In this document: positions 8,841 to 17,482 of the stretch, piece after piece
Position numbering within the stretch: position 1 is the first letter of the stretch
How the letters are laid out: each line of letters opens with the position of its first letter
Virus record (IMG/VR): IMGVR_UViG_3300038679_000353
Span: 1 to 46,974 of that record
DNA: 46,974 nt
Strand: one strand, 5' to 3'
Origin: a virus
Lineage: Duplodnaviria > Caudoviricetes
The notes under the pieces: generated by a model
Told to the model about the DNA's origin: nothing
Seen by the model: the letters and a program-made list of their open reading frames with translations, nothing else
Database searches by the model: none
Position numbers and translations under genes: made by a program

Positions 8841-9971
8841 TCAAGTTGATACACTTAATAGGAGCTTATTCATCATTTTATACCGATATGCAAGAAAACT
8901 ATCAAGGTATTGTGTCGTCCCTACACATTCTCCCCAAGTAAATCTGTCAATGTTCCATATGCTATCGCTATTCTTTGGAATTGTAATTAGTGGTGGAAGG
9001 ATATTACATGAATTAGTATACAATTCTTCAGCTTTAAGAAAAAGCAACTTACGAAGCTTCAAATTAAAATCTGTCGGCTTTATTAAGCTATTCGGAATAT
9101 ATACAGTGTTGCTAGGACAAGTATAAAGCCCATAGAATGGTTCAACATATTTATTTTCATTAGCAAATACTACTTCTTCGTTCATACGATTATTTGACTC
9201 TTTATGGTCTATCAAATGTGCTAATGAATAGTTTTTAGGACCATACTTATTAAATTGCTGTCCACGGAAAACAAATGACCATATCTGCTTAGGGAAATCA
9301 TTACCATCAAGCTTGATTGCATTAGGAATATCTTTAATGTCTATTTGTGTATGTTTTGTAAAATAAGAAATTTCTTTACTTCCTGCATAACGTCGTATTC
9401 CAGGGAAGCAACATGAAGAACCTTCCCATAAATACAAGCTAGTATTTACACTTCTAGATTCCAATTTGTCAGACCATTCTTTTTGATGCTTGGCATTATC
9501 CTCAGCAATCGCTCCAACAATTTCAGGATTCAGAAACCGAATATATTTAGTAGCTACTTGAGCTAACTGATATAATTCTTCATCGCTTGGTAGTACCCAT
9601 TCCGGCCATTTTCCTATAGGTTTTTTTATAGTTATTTTTATCTCTCTCTGAACATTACTTCTTTCTCTTAAAACTTCATTATTGCCATTTCTAAAACTAA
9701 CATATAGACTTAAAGCACTTTTCAAAGTAGCTGTTCCGTTTCTAATATCACCGTTTACTGGTATACAATGTTTAGCTGGTCGCTTATTTTTTTGATCATC
9801 GGTTGAATAAATTAATTTCTGCAACAATGAGGCACAATTATCAAGACCGTAATGGTCATCGAGATCACCTTCATATTTTTCTATTCTTAAGCAATTTGCT
9901 CTCCTGGCATTGGCAGTTCTTGCCTCACCCCTATACTTTAATAGCCATTGATAAAATTCATGTTCTAGCAT
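8841..9971 (-). CDS. AT-rich hypothetical protein, possible His-Me finger (HNH-like) nuclease
   Basis: 376-aa ORF; C-terminal LAHLIDH...YTCPSNTVYIP...KPTD resembles the H-N-x pattern; TGTTATAAT extended -10 upstream. Confidence 0.45.
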   Translation of the reverse strand: MLEHEFYQWLLKYRGEARTANARRANCLRIEKYEGDLDDHYGLDNCASLLQKLIYSTDDQKNKRPAKHCIPVNGDIRNGTATLKSALSLYVSFRNGNNEVLRERSNVQREIKITIKKPIGKWPEWVLPSDEELYQLAQVATKYIRFLNPEIVGAIAEDNAKHQKEWSDKLESRSVNTSLYLWEGSSCCFPGIRRYAGSKEISYFTKHTQIDIKDIPNAIKLDGNDFPKQIWSFVFRGQQFNKYGPKNYSLAHLIDHKESNNRMNEEVVFANENKYVEPFYGLYTCPSNTVYIPNSLIKPTDFNLKLRKLLFLKAEELYTNSCNILPPLITIPKNSDSIWNIDRFTWGECVGTTQYLDSFLAYRYKMMNKLLLSVST

Positions 9972-10062
9972 AGAACCTTCTTTAGCAATTTGAACTATTT
10001 AATTGAGCAGGCTTTATCATCTATGCATTATAACATGGGAAATTCAAGATTGTAGACTTTAA

Positions 10063-10095
10063 GCAGCTCAATTTAGCAAAACCCCATTGAGCTGC
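10063..10095 (-). terminator. Hairpin after ardC, probable terminator of the leftward early operon
   Basis: Perfect 10-bp inverted repeat GCAGCTCAAT / ATTGAGCTGC about 10 bp beyond the ardC stop. Confidence 0.55.
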
Positions 10096-10105
10096 AATAT
10101 TTTAT

Positions 10106-10924
10106 CTAAGCTACTTCCGCAATGATTGCGTCTGGCATAAATCCCGAAATATATTCATAGACTTTCATCACCCTATCCACCGCATGGGAAAGCGAAAACG
10201 CCACATGCGCCTTCCCCTTGTACTCCTTGATATACGCCTTCGTATGCTCCAAATGCCCATTGTACCCCAATGTCTTACAGAGCGTTGAGCTTATTAGCTC
10301 GGCAACTACCTCACTGAAAGCATAATCCTCGCTTTTCCCTTCAATCTCGTTGTCTATGGCATGCCCAAGCTCATGAAACCAGGTCGTAATGTCATCGGTT
10401 CCAAGCACAATCTGCTTCGTATCCGGCCTAAAGAAGCCATAAGCATTCGCTGTCAGCCCTGGACATACCTTCACCCCCAAATGATCGGCAACCGCCTTCA
10501 AGGGAAGCTTGTCGATGCTGAATCCCGACTCCATACCTGCTTCGTAGGGCAACGGCTCTCCTTCCGTCTGATCGGAAGCGAAAACCGGACAACACCGAAA
10601 GCCTATGAGCTTCGAGACCTGCTCAGCCTCTGGCTCCCCCTCCTTCGCCTTCTTCACCGTCACCGGAACCAGAATAAACGCCGACCTAGCCCCCTTCTTC
10701 ACCCTCCTTCCTGCCTTGTTCCACTGATCGAAGCCCCGGCAGTCCAGGTTCATGGTTCTCGATAGCACCGCCATCTTGTTTAAGGATGACCATTTCATTG
10801 CCGGAACCTCTATGTTCATCGACTTTAGAAACAGGTTCTTTTGAACAAATTGCTCCAATCCGTCACCCTCTATGTACTTCACCACGCCGTCCAGCGTGAT
10901 CCTGGCATTTTCTGTGAGTCCCAT
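10106..10924 (-). CDS. ardC: ArdC-like antirestriction protein (ssDNA-binding domain plus zincin-like domain)
   Basis: WSSLN...GFDQWNKAGRRVKKG...ILVP...VF..DQTEG N-domain; HELGH...EVVAE C-domain. Confidence 0.85.
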   Translation of the reverse strand: MGLTENARITLDGVVKYIEGDGLEQFVQKNLFLKSMNIEVPAMKWSSLNKMAVLSRTMNLDCRGFDQWNKAGRRVKKGARSAFILVPVTVKKAKEGEPEAEQVSKLIGFRCCPVFASDQTEGEPLPYEAGMESGFSIDKLPLKAVADHLGVKVCPGLTANAYGFFRPDTKQIVLGTDDITTWFHELGHAIDNEIEGKSEDYAFSEVVAELISSTLCKTLGYNGHLEHTKAYIKEYKGKAHVAFSLSHAVDRVMKVYEYISGFMPDAIIAEVA

Positions 10925-10950
10925 AGTATTTCCTTTCGTGTGTTTGGATT

Positions 10951-11139
10951 TTAGAATCTGGATGCGTCGTATTCCCTCAAGGCTTCTTCCATCGCCCTCA
11001 TGGAAATGACATCAGCGACGCATCCAAAGGTTTCTTGACATAAAAAAGCCCACGCCTTTGCCGATTCGAAATCATCGAACAAGCAAAAACGTGGACCATA
11101 CCGAACATGCCCATACAAAATGACTAGCCATTCATCCAC
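10951..11139 (-). CDS. Small hypothetical phage protein
   Basis: 62 aa, GTG start with AAGGGG RBS, co-oriented in the operon. Confidence 0.55.
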   Translation of the reverse strand: MDEWLVILYGHVRYGPRFCLFDDFESAKAWAFLCQETFGCVADVISMRAMEEALREYDASRF

Positions 11140-11175
11140 TACACCCCCTTACATTGAGCCGCCTTTTTACATCGG

Positions 11176-11304
11176 TTAAGACCTCACGATTCCCGATGCA
11201 ATTACCCACAGAAGCATTCCTGCGCTGAATGAAAGCCCTACGTACAACCCCATCCAGAAACGGTTATCCTTACTTGCCCAAGCCAATCTCTTGCCAAGCA
11301 CCAT
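11176..11304 (-). CDS. Small single-TM peptide (42 aa)
   Basis: ATG 11304 with AAGGAGG RBS; hydrophobic FWMGLYVGLSFSAGMLLWVIA. Confidence 0.5.
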   Translation of the reverse strand: MVLGKRLAWASKDNRFWMGLYVGLSFSAGMLLWVIASGIVRS

Positions 11305-11467
11305 ATCTTTCCTCCTTGCAGTCAAACCTATCAGTCGAAGCCTCACAGCAATCCGCAAACTGACCCGGCAGATGAAATTCACAATCAGCGCAAAGATTGA
11401 GAGTCCTTTGTTTCAGCCAATGAAATTCATGCCCTCGAATCGAGAACACCGATCCCTTCTTGTTCAT
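11270..11467 (-). CDS. Small Cys-rich hypothetical protein (65 aa)
   Basis: ATG 11467 with AGGAG RBS behind an operator-containing promoter; CADC...CC...C. Confidence 0.55.
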   Translation of the reverse strand: MNKKGSVFSIRGHEFHWLKQRTLNLCADCEFHLPGQFADCCEASTDRFDCKEERYGAWQEIGLGK

Positions 11468-11552
11468 TGCTTCTCCTGTATATATAACTGTTGTATTGTG
11501 TACTACTACATCTGTATTGACAACAGGAAAAAGAAAGCTAGAGAACACATCT

Positions 11553-11819
11553 TCAGACATACCACTTCGACCGGGGATGGGTACTCAAGTCCTCGGTATC
11601 ATCAAAGGGATCACCAAAGGGCTTGTCGGGATTATGGGCATAAAGCTTCACGTTCGGAGTCGGCACCTTTTTCGCTAGTACCTTTACTATAGGAAGATTT
11701 GGCTCCCAGCGCGTCGAGATAGCACGCCCATAGTTCTTTGCTATTGTCATGTTCGGTGCGAATATCGGATATATCGCAGTTCCACCGCCTTTGTAATACA
11801 CTTCAACCTTATACTTCAT
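11553..11819 (-). CDS. Hypothetical phage protein
   Basis: Start MKYKVEVYY forms an ATGA overlap with the upstream stop. Confidence 0.6.
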   Translation of the reverse strand: MKYKVEVYYKGGGTAIYPIFAPNMTIAKNYGRAISTRWEPNLPIVKVLAKKVPTPNVKLYAHNPDKPFGDPFDDTEDLSTHPRSKWYV

Positions 11820-12142
11820 AGGGTACACCTTCCCGGCTTGAACTCTACATGCTCTGCTATGATCTTTGTGCATGATTGGATCAGTCCCTTGTCATCACAG
11901 GTGACATCCTCTTTTATCCTCCCCACAATTCGTACACCTCTTCCCATCTTCATAGTTACTGCTATGGTTTGGGCAAGCCTTCCATACGCCTCGACACCGA
12001 AGGTTGATTCCTCATTCTGGCCTTCTGGGTCCTGCCTTTGAGAACGAACCTTGAATTCGCACTTGTCGCCCTTCTGCGTAACGACAATCCCTGGCTCCGA
12101 TGCACAATCCCCTTCCAAAAGAATGCTGTTGAGACAATTCAT
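11816..12142 (-). CDS. ssb: Second, short SSB-family OB-fold protein without acidic tail
   Basis: MNCLNSILLEG...VEAYGRLA...GRGVRIVGRIKE...IIAEHVEFKP. Confidence 0.8.
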   Translation of the reverse strand: MNCLNSILLEGDCASEPGIVVTQKGDKCEFKVRSQRQDPEGQNEESTFGVEAYGRLAQTIAVTMKMGRGVRIVGRIKEDVTCDDKGLIQSCTKIIAEHVEFKPGRCTL

Positions 12143-12468
12143 GCTTCATCCTCCTCTTCATAGCTGTAGGTAGTACATTCTGGCTCCGGCATGTCACCAG
12201 ACCAGAAGCCGGAAAACTTCTTATAGGCATCAATGATGCAATTGTCCTTCCCAGACTCGATCCAGGCTGCGTATACCGATTGCGGTATCGTGCATTCCCG
12301 GTGTTCAGTGAGGAGGTACATCACTTTCCTCATGGCTTCCCGTGGTCTTTGGGTATTTGAATCTTTATTTGACTTTTTATTTTCTATCTTCTCTTCTCTA
12401 CTCTTCTCTAATCTAATCCTTTCAGCCTTCTTCAAAAAACCACTTCTGAATGCGATAACCGTACTCAT
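12139..12468 (-). CDS. Hypothetical phage protein
   Basis: 109 aa; ATGA overlaps at both ends; GGAGG RBS. Confidence 0.6.
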   Translation of the reverse strand: MSTVIAFRSGFLKKAERIRLEKSREEKIENKKSNKDSNTQRPREAMRKVMYLLTEHRECTIPQSVYAAWIESGKDNCIIDAYKKFSGFWSGDMPEPECTTYSYEEEDEA

Positions 12469-12986
12469 GCAACCGCCTCCTGTCTCATGTGTGCGACATA
12501 CTTCTCACATTCAGCTCGTGTCCCGGACTCTTCAATCTCGCAGTCTTCGTTCAGAACACGGTAGGTGTCGCCCTCAAGGCATGCTTTCCATTCGTTAAAC
12601 TCCTGTTCAAGGTACCTTTTAAGAAGTTCGGCACGATCCTTGTTGATACGCTTCCAGCCCATGAGCTTTACAACGCTTTCTGGTTTGATGCAGATGAAAC
12701 CAAGCTTGCCGCAATCCCACTGCTGATCAGGCCAGGAGCCGTAGCCATCCAGTCTCACACTGATACCGGAATGCTCATAGGCATAGATTGTTCGCAACAA
12801 ACCCCTTTTCTTCGCCCATGCCAACGATTCCCGATTTTCCTCGATGTACCGTCTAAACCGATCAGAGGATGAGAAATTCGTATCCCCATAACAGCAACGC
12901 CTGTGTGCTGTGACAATGGTGGTAAGGTTGTCGCAATCCTCCCTGCCAAGCGGAAACTCGTCGTATTCAATAGTGTAGGTATCCAT
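12465..12986 (-). CDS. Hypothetical protein of mobile-element type
   Basis: 173 aa, YEHSGI...WDCGKLGFI...GDTY pattern; AAGGAG RBS. Confidence 0.65.
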   Translation of the reverse strand: MDTYTIEYDEFPLGREDCDNLTTIVTAHRRCCYGDTNFSSSDRFRRYIEENRESLAWAKKRGLLRTIYAYEHSGISVRLDGYGSWPDQQWDCGKLGFICIKPESVVKLMGWKRINKDRAELLKRYLEQEFNEWKACLEGDTYRVLNEDCEIEESGTRAECEKYVAHMRQEAVA

Positions 12987-12997
12987 CGTGTTTCTCC

Positions 12998-13228
12998 TTA
13001 TGAATGAAAGCTGTACAGATGGTCACTACCATCAGAATAGATAGCGCCTAGGGTAAATGGGTTTCTCCCGTCACCCCGCCAGAAGGCAAGAATATAGTTT
13101 TCCTTATGCCTTCCATCAGATCCAATCACAATCTTGTCAGCGCCGATTTGTTCCCCGTACCGATGCGCTTTTTGAAGCACGACATCAGGGATGTCTTTAA
13201 GCTCTCCAGTGTCCACTGTCATTTCCAT
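12998..13228 (-). CDS. Hypothetical phage protein
   Basis: 76 aa, AAGGAG RBS, preceded by operator plus TACAAT. Confidence 0.6.
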   Translation of the reverse strand: MEMTVDTGELKDIPDVVLQKAHRYGEQIGADKIVIGSDGRHKENYILAFWRGDGRNPFTLGAIYSDGSDHLYSFHS

Positions 13229-13236
13229 ACTCCTTA

Positions 13237-13263
13237 GTATTGTATTACACTACACCTGTAGTG
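13237..13263 (-). promoter_or_regulatory. Palindromic operator abutting a TACAAT -10 element
   Basis: CACTACA-CC-TGTAGTG (13248-13263); same arrangement at 4209-4235 and 11493-11519. Confidence 0.65.
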
Positions 13264-13289
13264 CTTAGGATAAATAAACAGTACTCCTT

Positions 13290-13763
13290 CTAATCCCGTC
13301 GGGATTGTGTGATAAGGCCATGCTCCGCGAAACTGTACGAACCGAACTTGCCAATAATGACATGATCCAATACCTGGATGCCGATTGTTTCTCCAGCATC
13401 CTTCAATCGCCGTGTAATCTCGATATCCTCAAGGGATGGCTCAATGTTCCCTGATGGATGATTATGAGCGAGTATGACGGCTACCGCATTGTCCTTTATA
13501 GCCTGGCGGTACACTTCCCTAGAATGGATCATCGTCTTGTTGACTAGCCCTATTGTAATTACCCTGGTACGAATCGGCTTGTGGGCTCCATCGAGGCTGA
13601 TGACGATGAAGTGTTCCTGTGCCTTCTTTGCATACCTGGCTAAGAGCTTTAAGGTGTCGCTAGGCATCATTATCTGCTCCTCGGAGACGATTTTTGCAAC
13701 AGCCTCATGATACCTGCCTTCCCTAATCATCGAGATAAGTGCCTCCTTGTTGATCTCGCTCAT
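13290..13763 (-). CDS. radC: RadC-like JAB-domain protein
   Basis: QEHFIV, HSREVY, AHNHPSG...S.ED, VLDHVIIG; start set to ATG 13763 (ATGA overlap). Confidence 0.9.
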   Translation of the reverse strand: MSEINKEALISMIREGRYHEAVAKIVSEEQIMMPSDTLKLLARYAKKAQEHFIVISLDGAHKPIRTRVITIGLVNKTMIHSREVYRQAIKDNAVAVILAHNHPSGNIEPSLEDIEITRRLKDAGETIGIQVLDHVIIGKFGSYSFAEHGLITQSRRD

Positions 13764-13927
13764 ACCCCTGCCTCCCATGCCCCGAGTTTACGCTTAAGAA
13801 TGTTAAGCGTACCTATGGGACCAAGCCATTCCGTCTTACCTCCTGGCGTAACGCCATAAACCTGTTGCCCTTCGACCAGCATCATAAAGATGCCTAGGCC
13901 GAACCTGTAGTACATGCCGACTACCAT
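13760..13927 (-). CDS. Small hypothetical protein (55 aa)
   Basis: ATG 13927 with AGGAGG RBS; stop overlaps the radC start. Confidence 0.55.
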   Translation of the reverse strand: MVVGMYYRFGLGIFMMLVEGQQVYGVTPGGKTEWLGPIGTLNILKRKLGAWEAGV

Positions 13928-14079
13928 TTGTGAGACCTCCTGAAAGTGTGTATTGGGAGAGCGCCCGTCCGCGCTCAAAGATTGTATTTAGGACATTACA
14001 TCGATTACATTTTATTATCAATTTTCTAGAACGAAAATTTCTTATTTGAGTTGATCAATCTTTTAATACTACTAGTAAA

Positions 14080-16035
14080 TTATTCTATACGGCCTGGCGT
14101 TTTCTCTCCGGGATTTAGATTTACAATTGTACCAATCTTAACCAAGTATAGAGTCTTTTTTTCCTCTTTTCCTAATCGAAGATTTCCAGAATAATACAAA
14201 TAATCAGGATGCGATGAATCAATTAAAATATATGTTGGCCTAAACAAATCAATTTTAATTTCTCCAAGCCCTGTGTATATCTCTTGTTTCCCAGAAAGGT
14301 ATTCAGGAATGACACTTAAAGAAATTTCATAAAGGTTTTTGGTAAAGTATCTATCGACAAGTTTTTTTCTGTTAGGTGAATCCGACTCTATCTGGAGGTT
14401 TACATTTTTTATGGGTACTCTACTTAGTTCGTCCTTAATTGAGAAATATAAGGGCATTATCTTTGATACTATTTCATCATTTGTAAAATCGATTACAGCT
14501 TTTCTATATGCCTCATTGGTAAGGGTATATATGCTGACCTCATATGATTCATCCGATATATCCTGATCATTTCTCAAGGGCAAATTGGAAAAGGCTATTG
14601 TATATTGTGTTTCTGATTTATATTTTTTCACATAGTTTTTAACAATTTCTTTATACTTTTCATTGATCTGAGAAGTTAATGGGAATTTATTAAACACTAA
14701 ATCTATTTTGTATATATCTGTTGTGTCTATTTCTGATGCACTGAGCTTCATATTCCTATCTTTTATAGGAAACAGAAACTTCGTACTTTGATTTCTATAA
14801 TCTGTGTGGTCGTTTTTTATTGTAAGCACAGAATCAGGAAGGATAAAATATTCATCTCCATCGTCAACAATCTCTTCTTTATTGGTTAAATACCTTTTTA
14901 TATCATTATATGCATAAGCTGCCAATGTACCTGTAAAGTATTGCCCAATCACTTTTTCTTTTTCTAGTGAAGTTGACGAAATGTATGAATCTCCTAGAGG
15001 AGTATCATTATCATCCTTAGTTTTCCTATCTATCACGACCTTAACCATTTGGCTATTCACGTATTTGTCAATAAATTCAAATACAGCAGATTCGAAGTAA
15101 CTATTAAGAAGGGTGTATGCTTTATAGGAAACACTCTTTGATGCATTATTGACTGTTCTTACCGTACTCGTGGATTCACTTGTCCTTATCGTAATATATT
15201 CATTAGAAACTTTACATTTACTTAATACTAATTTTTTAAATTCTTCAGCTATACTCGACTTAACAAGTTTTGAATAGGGATTGGAATCATATAAATTACT
15301 TAAATCATCATAAGATAGAGTTTTATTATCAGGCAGAGGAATGGTCGCACAACCGGATTCATCAGTTTTGACATTTTTAAATCCATCATAATAGACCGTA
15401 ACCCCACTAGCGTTACGATTCGAAAAATTTTTCGTATTAGTTTTAATAGAGATATCAGTGGCAGTTGATTCTTTAGTAGTTATCTCATCGCGTGTACGAG
15501 ATTCAATTGAATAATTATTATAATATCCTAAAGACATTGTTCCTAAACTACTTATAATTAATAATGGTCCGAATACGCCAAGACTACTAGTATTTGCCAC
15601 ATTACTAAGACTAATTACAACTCCAAGTATTATTTGACCCATAGAAGTAATTTTTATAAATGATGGATCAACTACAGTATTATTACTTCGATTTTCCACT
15701 ATCGTAGTATTATACTTTTCTTGAATGTTCTTTTCAATTTCACTCCATTCCTCAGTTGACAACGATTCCTTTAGATAAACTTTTATTGACCTTCCACTGT
15801 TTTGACTGCTTTTTGACTCTTCAAATGTATAATTAATAATCTCATGCTTTAGAGGTTTAATATTTTGAGTTATAGTATCTCTACTTAGGAAAGCATTTTG
15901 GCTACTCGTAGTATACCAACTGCCAGTTTCTGTAGTACAAGAAATAAAAATGCACAACACAATTAAAAGCAGTATTAGCTTATTGCGAAAACTCTTGAGT
16001 CTACTAATTATCTTCTTAGATGAATTAAGCATCAC
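14080..16035 (-). CDS. AT-rich putative lipoprotein (moron) with internal domain duplication
   Basis: Basic N-region, hydrophobic LILLLIVLCIF and FISC lipobox; GAGGAG RBS; two similar segments in the C-terminal two thirds. Confidence 0.65.
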   Translation of the reverse strand: MMLNSSKKIISRLKSFRNKLILLLIVLCIFISCTTETGSWYTTSSQNAFLSRDTITQNIKPLKHEIINYTFEESKSSQNSGRSIKVYLKESLSTEEWSEIEKNIQEKYNTTIVENRSNNTVVDPSFIKITSMGQIILGVVISLSNVANTSSLGVFGPLLIISSLGTMSLGYYNNYSIESRTRDEITTKESTATDISIKTNTKNFSNRNASGVTVYYDGFKNVKTDESGCATIPLPDNKTLSYDDLSNLYDSNPYSKLVKSSIAEEFKKLVLSKCKVSNEYITIRTSESTSTVRTVNNASKSVSYKAYTLLNSYFESAVFEFIDKYVNSQMVKVVIDRKTKDDNDTPLGDSYISSTSLEKEKVIGQYFTGTLAAYAYNDIKRYLTNKEEIVDDGDEYFILPDSVLTIKNDHTDYRNQSTKFLFPIKDRNMKLSASEIDTTDIYKIDLVFNKFPLTSQINEKYKEIVKNYVKKYKSETQYTIAFSNLPLRNDQDISDESYEVSIYTLTNEAYRKAVIDFTNDEIVSKIMPLYFSIKDELSRVPIKNVNLQIESDSPNRKKLVDRYFTKNLYEISLSVIPEYLSGKQEIYTGLGEIKIDLFRPTYILIDSSHPDYLYYSGNLRLGKEEKKTLYLVKIGTIVNLNPGEKTPGRIE

Positions 16036-16229
16036 ACACTCCTCTCAACGGTTCAAATCGTAAATAGGTTTTGCATGTGCCAAGGAAACAACTTTATTTA
16101 ACAGTAGACCGTGATGAGCGATAAGTCAATCAATTACAGTTATCCACAATAAAAGATATACAACAAGTGTAGTATAAATCTGTTTCCCATACTGCACCTG
16201 TTGTATACATACTTTTATATATACCGTGG

Positions 16230-16917
16230 CCTAACGACGGGTGCTATTCTAGCATCCCGGTGATGTATCTTTCATCCTCTGGCCCATTCGACCCACTATG
16301 GCTCTTTGGTTCTCCCCTCTTCGTATGGTGTTCTGGATTGTCGCACCCGCATCCTCCAGGAATCGACTGACCCTACAAAGTACTCTCGTACCAGGTGGAC
16401 CGACGCTTAAGCGCCTGACCCATTCCAAGGCTTATAAAGCCCCCGATGCTACGCATCGAACTACATAGCGTCACAAAGTGACTGCCCCGCTGAATCGAGA
16501 AAGCCGACTACCCCTAGCAACCGCAGGATACGACTGACCCATACTTTCCATACACAGCTCTCAACGCTCATCGCGCATATAAGGACGCTAACCTAGTTCG
16601 GGCATGAAGAGGCCTAGGACGCTTTTCGCGTCCCGAGTGGGCAAAGCCCACTTGCCCTATTGCATAGTGACAACACTACAATAATCCTTGCGAAGCAAGA
16701 TCCATGCCTATAGTGCGAGACTACGGGCTTGCCGATGGCGCACCAGTCAACGCGAAGCATGAATCATGCCAATTCTTGCGGAAAAGTAGCAATGCAATGC
16801 GAAAGCCTATGAATACATAGTGCTTTCTTTATATCGATTGCCTGTAAAATTGCCCTATTGAATGAAAGAAAAAATCGAGACTAGGACGCTTATAGCGTCC
16901 CGGTGGGCAAAGCCCAC
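16230..16917. ncRNA. Candidate structured non-coding element (ncRNA or structured ssDNA)
   Basis: No ORF of 60 aa or more in the track; at least nine short hairpins, a duplicated twin-hairpin unit, a 15/17 direct repeat and nested long-range complementarities; no known family recognised. Confidence 0.4.
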
Positions 16918-16918
16918 T
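16614..16918. repeat. Duplicated ~39-bp twin-hairpin unit
   Basis: CTAGGACGCttttcGCGTCCcgaGTGGGCaaaGCCCACT (16614-16652) and CTAGGACGCttataGCGTCCcgGTGGGCaaaGCCCACT (16881-16918); differences confined to loop and linker. Confidence 0.85.
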
Positions 16919-17321
16919 AAGCCCTATAGTTCAAGACCTTTTGAGCCTCTTTATATAGCGTGATTTTTGCGGTATCCGATGATTTTATCACGTCGTCAAG
17001 TGTTGAATTTTCAGTAATATGCCGATAGCAGGTCAAGAAAGGTCCTTTCGCGATTGTTCCGGCTTTTCGTGCTACTACATATTTTTTCACGATATTGAAA
17101 GCATCCGTATCATTAGCAGGTGATTTAATTAGCTTCCCGGCTTTCTTGCTCGATGCTTGCGCTACCCTTTCCGGCTTGCCTTGCATGCTTGCCATGATAG
17201 AAGGAACGATAGATTTTACTGTTTCCGCGACGATTGCCGATATTAGCTTTTCCATTGCGATATTGTCCATATAAACTCCCCTAGTGTTGAATTTAGGGCA
17301 ATTTTATAGGCAATCGATATA
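16830..17321. repeat. 28-bp inverted repeat (27/28) flanking the 117-aa ORF
   Basis: TATATCGATTGCCTGTAAAATTGCCCTA (16830-16857) versus TAGGGCAATTTTATAGGCAATCGATATA (17294-17321). Confidence 0.85.
16917..17270 (-). CDS. Basic hypothetical protein, first gene of the leftward arm
   Basis: 117 aa, GGGGAG RBS, Lys/Ala-rich; stop codon overlaps the twin-hairpin repeat. Confidence 0.65.
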   Translation of the reverse strand: MDNIAMEKLISAIVAETVKSIVPSIMASMQGKPERVAQASSKKAGKLIKSPANDTDAFNIVKKYVVARKAGTIAKGPFLTCYRHITENSTLDDVIKSSDTAKITLYKEAQKVLNYRA

Positions 17322-17482
17322 TTTACCTTCCCTAGTGGTAACGGGTCTGTTTCCGCATTGGATTGCGGTACTTGCTTTCAATAACATGAAAGCTTTAGCA
17401 AGTACGATCTTGCTCGACTATCCGGTACCTGTCACGACTTTACGTGACGGCTTATTAAAAGAATGCTATCGAAAATTTATTG

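Noticed and set aside
8783-10105. attC sites around the R-M cassette and HNH-like gene
   Set aside because: GTATAAC and GTTATAA-like words are present but lack paired L boxes at the right spacing
16140-16148. Perfect DnaA box TTATCCACA
   Set aside because: Single copy with no cluster or unwinding element recognised; compatible with chance
16230-16917. Known ribozyme, intron, tmRNA or RNase P RNA
   Set aside because: No hammerhead CUGAUGA/GAAA core, group II domain V or RNase P signature recognised by eye; an Rfam scan is still needed
16357-16918. CRISPR or mini-array
   Set aside because: Repeats occur only in pairs with 150-230 bp between them; no regular repeat-spacer period and no cas genes
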